NCBI GenBank assembly: GCA_046861655.1
Contig: JBHIAI010000047.1
Coordinates: forward strand, 1-12,696
Length of the DNA stretch: 12,696 nucleotides
DNA from: Fidelibacterota bacterium
GTDB lineage: Bacteria; Fidelibacterota; Marinisomatia; Marinisomatales; S15-B10
Direction: 5' to 3'
Below, piece by piece: positions 7,026 to 12,696 of the stretch (the stretch's first letter is position 1; every line of letters begins with the position of its first letter). The notes below the pieces were generated by a model. The model had not been told where the DNA came from. It was given only the letters and a program-made list of their open reading frames with translations, and did no database searches. Both the position numbers and the translations under genes were made by a program.

Positions 7026-7829
7026 TTACCGGTCTTCGCCGGCAAGGAATCTCACATAATGGGCCAGATGCCACAGATCTTCTTCGTTGCCCTCAAAAGC
7101 CTCCCGGTATGATGGCATTGGGGTGCCGTCAAGCCCTGTCACGAGAGTCTGATAGATTTCCCTTGGAGAGTAACCCCGGCCGTAATTGTCCCCCTCTGTC
7201 AAGTCCCTGGGAACACTGGGATCCCCGAAAGCGTCTCGCAGGAATTTGGCGGATGGGCCGTCCCCTTTGCCTCCGTATCCGTGGCACGTCCAGCACCCAA
7301 AATCCATGAAGACCTGCCTACCCCGTCGGATACTTTCCTGGGTGGAAGGAGGAGGCGTGCCAATACGGATAGTTTCAAGGTCACCCTGTCCATCGAACGC
7401 TCTCGAGAAAGTCTTAATGAAGTGAATCAGCTGCCATCTTTTCGCCTCTGGAAGGGCCGCCCAACCGACCATGGATGTACCGTGAATCCCTGCGGTGAGA
7501 GATTCCATTAAGTCCCAATCTGTTGGGATTGTTCCACTGGCCGTACTACGGAACTTGTAGACGCCCGAGGTGAAGTCTCTGGGCCGAACGTCAAGAAACG
7601 GGGCCACGGGTCCATTTCCATCCCCATTGAGACCATGACAGTAGGCGCAACTTTGTTCATAAACGCCTTTGCCGGCGGCCAGGTCCTCCGGTGTTGGAGA
7701 TTGGACCGTGTTCGTGTTTGTACCTTGACCCATCAGGAGACCCCCGGGGACTGCAAGTATTGCAGCGGTAATGGAGACGACCAGACCTAATAGGTGTAGC
7801 CTGGCTGAAGTGGCTTTCGTGTACGTCAT
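7026..7829 (-). CDS. Periplasmic diheme class I cytochrome c
   Basis: Signal/anchor helix and two CxxCH motifs (CAYCH, CWTCH) in internally duplicated domains. Each is followed by G.GxG.GP, PRD(F/L)T and a distal Met motif (GTSM, GTPMP), suggesting His/Met ligation. AAGGA RBS. Confidence 0.93.
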   Translation of the reverse strand: MTYTKATSARLHLLGLVVSITAAILAVPGGLLMGQGTNTNTVQSPTPEDLAAGKGVYEQSCAYCHGLNGDGNGPVAPFLDVRPRDFTSGVYKFRSTASGTIPTDWDLMESLTAGIHGTSMVGWAALPEAKRWQLIHFIKTFSRAFDGQGDLETIRIGTPPPSTQESIRRGRQVFMDFGCWTCHGYGGKGDGPSAKFLRDAFGDPSVPRDLTEGDNYGRGYSPREIYQTLVTGLDGTPMPSYREAFEGNEEDLWHLAHYVRFLAGEDR

Positions 7830-7855
7830 TTCCTTTTCACCTGAGTTGTTGTTTC

Positions 7856-9358
7856 TCAGAATGCTACCACAACCATTGCCATCGTCCAGTTGGCATCCAC
7901 ATCCACAACACGACCGGCTTTCCCCGATCCGGCATTGAACATCTCGTCAATCTTGGGATATCCGAGCTTATTGTCCTGGGCACCGCCTTCCAAGATCAGG
8001 AAAACATTCGGGAGAAAGTAGTACCGCAGTGCAAGGGTAAACATCTTGATCTGGCGCTCATCCCCCGTCATCCCGATCAGCATACTGTTGTCCATGGGAT
8101 CGGCGAGCTCGATCTGCTTAGTCACATTGATCAGATCCACTCGTGCAACAATCATCAATTTGCTCAGGAAGGATCTGTATGAAACAAGTTTCCGCAGGGG
8201 AACGTCTGCCTCGATGAAGCCGCCATCGAACTGGAACGGTTGCGGTCCCACAATACGGGCATCGGTATCATCGTCGTATCCCCGAATCCACTGTCCGAAG
8301 AGGTTTATTCCCGACTTGGCCTGCCAGCTGAAGTCCAGTCCTACGCGATAGAAGAAATCATCCTGCTCCTTCAGGTTCGAACCGCCCAGAATATTCTGCC
8401 ATCCACGATGAGCCAACACCCCGAGACGCAACCGCTCCCGCCAGCTTACGGCTAACCGTCCGTAGAAATCTTTTGGGGGATTGGTGTCAATCAAGCTGTT
8501 TGTTCCGTTTACGGCTGCAAGTTCGTATTCCACACCAAGCCGCATGGATCCAAGCCAGCCGTTGACCGCCACCCCGAGCTGACGACTGGAGAGACTGAAA
8601 CCGCCTTCTACAGGACTCAGAGCGTACGCGAGATATGGAGAGGAATGGCCCGTCAACTTTCTCAGCGAGTTGAAGGGGGTCTCCAGGTGAAAGAAGCCCA
8701 TCCTGACGTTAAGATTGCCAATATCCTCACCCCAGAAGTTGGCCAGATTGTTATACGTGACGAAGAGTTGATGGAATATTACGCTGACCTCTGTTCCGAT
8801 GGCCGCCACATCCTCTTCTTCCGTTCCTGCCGTCGCGGTCTTGCCCAATTTGGAGTAGTTTCCCCTGACGCCGAGCGCGTGATCATGTGCTTCAGGTTCT
8901 TCACCTTCTGTTCCCACGGACGGTTCCAGTTCTATTTCCAGAAAGGCAAGGTAGGAAAGATGAGGACCCACTGTTCCCCCGGAAAAGAACTCAAACGCCG
9001 CCCGGAACGTATTGACGGACAGTTGTTCCCCAGCGGGAATCCCGTTGGGAGTTGCCATCTCCATATTGTTCTTGATATTCCGTATCATGTACATAGGATG
9101 TGGCATCCCTGAAAGAGGGAGGAGCTCCTGCTGCCAGACAGGAGTTGTCTCTATTGTGCCGGGAAGTTGAAAACTGTTCATCCGGAATTTTTCACCAAAG
9201 GGATTAAGCTTGGGAACACCCACATGGCAGGTGTTGCAGGCTACACCGTATTTCTTCGCGAACTGCGGGATCGCAAAGGCCCTGTTGGAGACAGATGCGA
9301 ACACTGCCACCGACAAAAAGACGACGACAGGTCTAACTAGGCGGTCTACAGGATTCAT
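7856..9358 (-). CDS. cyc2: Cyc2-like monoheme cytochrome c-porin fusion outer-membrane protein
   Basis: Signal peptide ending AFA, then IPQFAKKYGVACNTCHVGVPKLNPFGEKFRMNSF, matching the Cyc2 N-terminal pattern P.FAR..g..C..CH...P.L..FG..F. A single heme motif, followed by about 430 aa of beta-barrel-like sequence ending in Phe. ATG at 9358 is preferred to the ORF-track start at 9415. Confidence 0.82.
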   Translation of the reverse strand: MNPVDRLVRPVVVFLSVAVFASVSNRAFAIPQFAKKYGVACNTCHVGVPKLNPFGEKFRMNSFQLPGTIETTPVWQQELLPLSGMPHPMYMIRNIKNNMEMATPNGIPAGEQLSVNTFRAAFEFFSGGTVGPHLSYLAFLEIELEPSVGTEGEEPEAHDHALGVRGNYSKLGKTATAGTEEEDVAAIGTEVSVIFHQLFVTYNNLANFWGEDIGNLNVRMGFFHLETPFNSLRKLTGHSSPYLAYALSPVEGGFSLSSRQLGVAVNGWLGSMRLGVEYELAAVNGTNSLIDTNPPKDFYGRLAVSWRERLRLGVLAHRGWQNILGGSNLKEQDDFFYRVGLDFSWQAKSGINLFGQWIRGYDDDTDARIVGPQPFQFDGGFIEADVPLRKLVSYRSFLSKLMIVARVDLINVTKQIELADPMDNSMLIGMTGDERQIKMFTLALRYYFLPNVFLILEGGAQDNKLGYPKIDEMFNAGSGKAGRVVDVDANWTMAMVVVAF

Positions 9359-9540
9359 CGTACGGTACTCGCTCCATAGATTACGGGGGTCTTTCCTGGT
9401 AAGCAACGCAAACAATGTATTGGCCCCACCTCTGAAGGAACCCTATCCATCGGTTGTGGCCGCAGCCAGGTTATGAGTCCATCCCAGTGATCGTCTGCAG
9501 GAAAACTACCTCCTTCTATCTCGCTCATTCGGGGACTCAT
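9355..9540 (-). CDS. Putative 61-aa leader ORF translationally coupled to cyc2
   Basis: GGAGG (9550-9546) lies 5 nt before ATG 9540. The stop overlaps the cyc2 start as ATGA (9358-9355). The ORF sits right behind a sigma70-like promoter. No recognisable family. Confidence 0.45.
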   Translation of the reverse strand: MSPRMSEIEGGSFPADDHWDGLITWLRPQPMDRVPSEVGPIHCLRCLPGKTPVIYGASTVR

Positions 9541-9560
9541 GAGCTCCTCCAGTCGAACCA

Positions 9561-9589
9561 AATGTACAGCCCTCTGTCAGGTGAATCAA
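9561..9589 (-). promoter_or_regulatory. Sigma70-like promoter for the cyc2 operon
   Basis: Minus strand TTGATT (9589-9584), 17-nt spacer, TACATT (9566-9561). Predicted +1 near 9554, just upstream of the GGAGG RBS. Confidence 0.55.
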
Positions 9590-9917
9590 GCGATTTCCGA
9601 GTTTAAGATAGTAATATCCGAAAACTGAATGGCTCCATCCAGGTCTTGCATCTACTGGGCCTTCATTCTTAGATTTAGGATAATCAGAGGAGGATTTCCT
9701 AATTATCCGTCCGAAGCGACTTCCTCCCGTCGTATACTTCTCCTTTATTTCCTGGACTGTGCTTTACGCCCAGGAGAAGAAATCCCCTCAATACGTGGGT
9801 GCAGTCAAATGCGAAATATGCCACGCCACTGAGGATCGATGAACTGATGAAACCCATTGAACACAGGATTCCCGAAGGGTATCGATGGGAAGAAGAGGAG
9901 GAAGAAGAGAGCCTCTG

Positions 9918-10427
9918 GTGAAGCGGCCCGGATTCATCCTGTTAGCCATCGTTCTTTTTGCTTTCCTGGCAATCTCCATACTTGCCCTCAACCGGAGACC
10001 TCCACCCATCGAACAGCCCCTGGCCTTTAATCACCTGATTCACGCTGGGGAGCAGGATCTTGAGTGCACCTTCTGTCACCGCCAGGTGGAAAACCATGCC
10101 CGGGCCACCCTTCCCCCCGTAGACGCCTGCAGGGAGTGCCACGAAGAGGCCATCACGGAGACCCCTCTCGAGGAAAAGCTCCTGGCCTTCACCACGGAAA
10201 ACCGGGAGATTCCGTGGAACGCAATCTATGATGTCCCCGACCACGTCTATTTTTCCCACAGAAGACACGTGACCCTGGGAAGCGTCCCCTGCGAGACCTG
10301 CCACGGCCAGGTACCCTCCCTCAGTGAGCCTCCTCCCCGTCCCCTGGTATCCATCACCATGGAGTTCTGTATGGACTGTCATGAAGAACACCAGGTGACC
10401 AACGATTGTCTGGCCTGTCACCGGTGA
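9918..10427 (+). CDS. Membrane-anchored pentaheme cytochrome c (QrcA/ActA-like)
   Basis: One N-terminal TM helix and five CxxCH motifs (CTFCH, CRECH, CETCH, CMDCH, CLACH). EQPLAFNH..H, W..IYDVPDHVYFSH..H and M..C..CH signatures of ActA/QrcA. Start is GTG 9918 or ATG 9885. Confidence 0.9.
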   Translation: MKRPGFILLAIVLFAFLAISILALNRRPPPIEQPLAFNHLIHAGEQDLECTFCHRQVENHARATLPPVDACRECHEEAITETPLEEKLLAFTTENREIPWNAIYDVPDHVYFSHRRHVTLGSVPCETCHGQVPSLSEPPPRPLVSITMEFCMDCHEEHQVTNDCLACHR

Positions 10428-12696
10428 AACAAGACGAAACAAAGCTCATTTCCCGCAGGGACTTTCTCAAACTGGCCGGTCTCACCGCCGGCGGGATAGC
10501 TGCCGGTCAGTTTCTCCTCACCGAAGTTTTCGCCGTGCCCCAGAAGATCCTTATCCGGATGGCCCGGGGGCCTGGGAAGGAGACCTGGCTCAATACGGTG
10601 TGCGGCCAATGTCCCGGGGGGTGCGGTATTACCGTCCGGCGCATCGACGGTGTACCGGTCTACGTCAAAGGCAATCCCATTTTCCCTGTGAACCGGGGCG
10701 GGGTGTGTCCCATGGCCCACGGGGCCACTGAGGTTCTGTTCAACCCCGACCGGGTCCGGAACCCCATGAAGCACGTCCGCCCGTCAGGGAAAAAAGAAAC
10801 CGGCTGGGAACCGGTTCCGTGGGACGAGGTCATCACCGGTACCGAGGAGAGGCTTCGGGGACTCATTTCCCGGGGCGAAGGTCACCGGATAGCCATGATC
10901 AACGGGGACCATTCCCCCCTCATGCGATCGCTGTGCCGCCACTGGATGAAGGCAGTAGGTTCCCCGAATTATTTCGAAGACCAGACCCTGGAGGATAACG
11001 TCGCAGCGGTCGTTCTGTCCCACGGCATCCATGAATCTCCCGCCTGGGACCTCGCCAACAGCCGGTACATCCTGAACTTTGGGAGCAATTTCCTGGAAGA
11101 GGGACTGTCTCCAGTCCATTACCAGCATCTGTTCGGCCATCTCCGGTCTGTAGGCAGGGAAGCCAGAACCACCCTGGTTCATGTGGATTCCCGCATGAAT
11201 CTTACCGCATCCAATTCCGACCGGTGGATTCCCGTCCGGCCCGGCACCTACGGTGCTCTGGCACTGGGGATCGCCCATGTTCTCATTGTCTCCAAACTGT
11301 ACGATGAGGACTTCGTCCGGAATCATACGTTCGGTTTCACCCCCTTTCGCTACGACGATAATACCGGGCACATGGGATTCGAAGGACTGGTCAAAGCCAA
11401 TTACTATCCGGAGAAAGTTTCCCAGATCACCGGTGTGCCGGCGGAAACAATCATTCAACTGGCGGAAGAGTTCGGTACCCACAAGCCGGCGGTGGCGGTC
11501 TCCGGAGGAGCTTCGCGGTACGCCACCAACGGCACCTTTACCCAGTGGGCAGTGTACTGTTTGAATGCCCTTATAGGGAATATCCAGAAAAAAGGGGGGG
11601 TCTTCTTCACCCCTCCGGTTCCTGAATTTTCCTTCCCCCGCCTGATGCCCGATTCCAGCACCCGTCAATCCCTCTCCCGGCCGAAGGTGGGTTCTGCTGG
11701 AGAGGCTCCTTTTCCCCTGGGAGAGGTCACGGTGGATCGATTTGCCCGGGCCGTCGTCAGAGAAAACGCCCCTGTTATCGATACGATCATCATCGTGAAC
11801 GCCAATCCGGTGTTTCATTCCACGGACGCCTCCACCCTGTCCAGGGCTCTGGAGGCCATTCCCCATGTTATCTATCTAGGCATGTTTCTGGATGAAACCG
11901 CCCGGCACGCGGACGTGATTCTCCCTGACCATTCCTTCCTGGAAAAAATCGACGTCAGTGGACCTCTGGCCGGATTGATGTTTGGTCACGTGGGACTCCA
12001 GCGACCGGTGATCGACACCGTTTATGATACCCGGCAGGCCGGGGATGTGCTGGTAGATTTGGGCCGGCGTTTGGTGGGCCCCTCCGCCTTTCCGTGGGTG
12101 GACTATAAGGAACTGGTTCGCCAGCGGCTGGAAACCATCTATTCTTCCGGTGAGGGGTCCATCATATCCGAGTCGTCCGATGCGGAATGGCTCCGTTATC
12201 TCAGGGAGCGGGGGTGGAAGCTTCAGCAGTATGAAACGTTTCAGTCGTTTCAGAAGCTTCTGGTGAAAAACGGAGGGTGGTGGAACCCGGTTGATCCAAG
12301 CCGGCCGGCCGCGGAGATCTACCGCACCCGCTCGGGCAGGTTTGAATTCTTTTCCTCGACCCTCAAGGACCTTCTTGACAAAGCCTCCACGGACCAGGAA
12401 GGAGCCACTCTACGGGAAAAACAGGATAGACTTTTGAGCAGGCTCCACGTATCGGCCCGGGGGGATGACCTCTTCCTTCCCCATTACGAGCCCCCCTTTT
12501 CCAGGGGGAAGACCGAGGAATTTCCCCTGATCCTCACGGCTTCAGAGCTTCTCACAAACCGGCAGGGCAAGGGGGCCTCCCAGCCCTCCATGATGGAAAT
12601 CGTGGGAATCCAGGTGGGGAAATACTGGACCTCCTGGATCGATATTCATCCCAGGTCGGCCAGGGAATACAAGCCGAATACAGGGTTTCCGCCCCA
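10424..12696 (+). CDS. Tat-exported molybdopterin-oxidoreductase-family large subunit (QrcB/ActB-like), 3'-truncated
   Basis: Missing from the ORF track (no stop in the window). GTG overlaps the upstream stop (GTGA). Hand translation is open for 757 codons: SRRDFLK Tat motif, CGQCPGGC-x27-C Fe-S motif, NPDRVRNPM, DRWIPVRPGT, ITGVPAETI, DETARHADVILP..SFLEK, and the start of domain IV (FPLILT...WIDIHP). Confidence 0.93.
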   Translation, partial: MKQDETKLISRRDFLKLAGLTAGGIAAGQFLLTEVFAVPQKILIRMARGPGKETWLNTVCGQCPGGCGITVRRIDGVPVYVKGNPIFPVNRGGVCPMAHGATEVLFNPDRVRNPMKHVRPSGKKETGWEPVPWDEVITGTEERLRGLISRGEGHRIAMINGDHSPLMRSLCRHWMKAVGSPNYFEDQTLEDNVAAVVLSHGIHESPAWDLANSRYILNFGSNFLEEGLSPVHYQHLFGHLRSVGREARTTLVHVDSRMNLTASNSDRWIPVRPGTYGALALGIAHVLIVSKLYDEDFVRNHTFGFTPFRYDDNTGHMGFEGLVKANYYPEKVSQITGVPAETIIQLAEEFGTHKPAVAVSGGASRYATNGTFTQWAVYCLNALIGNIQKKGGVFFTPPVPEFSFPRLMPDSSTRQSLSRPKVGSAGEAPFPLGEVTVDRFARAVVRENAPVIDTIIIVNANPVFHSTDASTLSRALEAIPHVIYLGMFLDETARHADVILPDHSFLEKIDVSGPLAGLMFGHVGLQRPVIDTVYDTRQAGDVLVDLGRRLVGPSAFPWVDYKELVRQRLETIYSSGEGSIISESSDAEWLRYLRERGWKLQQYETFQSFQKLLVKNGGWWNPVDPSRPAAEIYRTRSGRFEFFSSTLKDLLDKASTDQEGATLREKQDRLLSRLHVSARGDDLFLPHYEPPFSRGKTEEFPLILTASELLTNRQGKGASQPSMMEIVGIQVGKYWTSWIDIHPRSAREYKPNTGFPP

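Noticed and set aside
6860..7045. 61-aa minus-strand ORF between the diheme cytochrome and the YfiM-like gene
   Set aside because: Overlaps the cytochrome 3' end, runs through T-rich intergenic-looking sequence, and has no clear RBS or motif.
8046..9476. Plus-strand ORFs 8046-8351, 8240-8455, 8645-9112 and 9210-9476
   Set aside because: Antisense shadows of the cyc2-like gene.
11588..11600. A6G7 homopolymer as a phase-variation or frameshift site
   Set aside because: The frame is intact and encodes KKGG at the family's conserved G....GG position; the tracts are short.
10784..11866. 360-aa minus-strand ORF, plus 9942-10442, 10418-10774 and 11253-11564
   Set aside because: Shadows of the GC-rich pentaheme and MopB-family genes, which carry clear motifs; these have none.

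Overview
Bacterial (diderm) genomic window dominated by envelope electron-transfer genes. Left: a truncated secreted helical protein and a beta-barrel porin (minus strand), then a UbiA-family prenyltransferase and a YceI-family protein (plus strand). Middle (3.7-4.9 kb): a non-coding scar holding an IS transposase remnant, the 3' half of a tRNA-Lys(UUU) with terminator, flanking CGGATACCGA direct repeats (att-site-like), a second remodelled copy of the tRNA fragment, and a consensus CRP/FNR-family box in class II promoter geometry facing the 3' end of a class III adenylate cyclase. Right: a minus-strand run of a probable leader ORF, a Cyc2-like cytochrome-porin fusion, a diheme cytochrome c, a YfiM-like protein and the cyclase. 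It is divergent from a pentaheme cytochrome c plus a Tat-exported, probably Mo-free molybdopterin-oxidoreductase-family subunit (Qrc/alternative complex III-like; not in the ORF track, runs off the window). The most interesting signal is a possible outer-membrane-to-quinone electron conduit. All family calls come from motif recognition by eye, not database searches.
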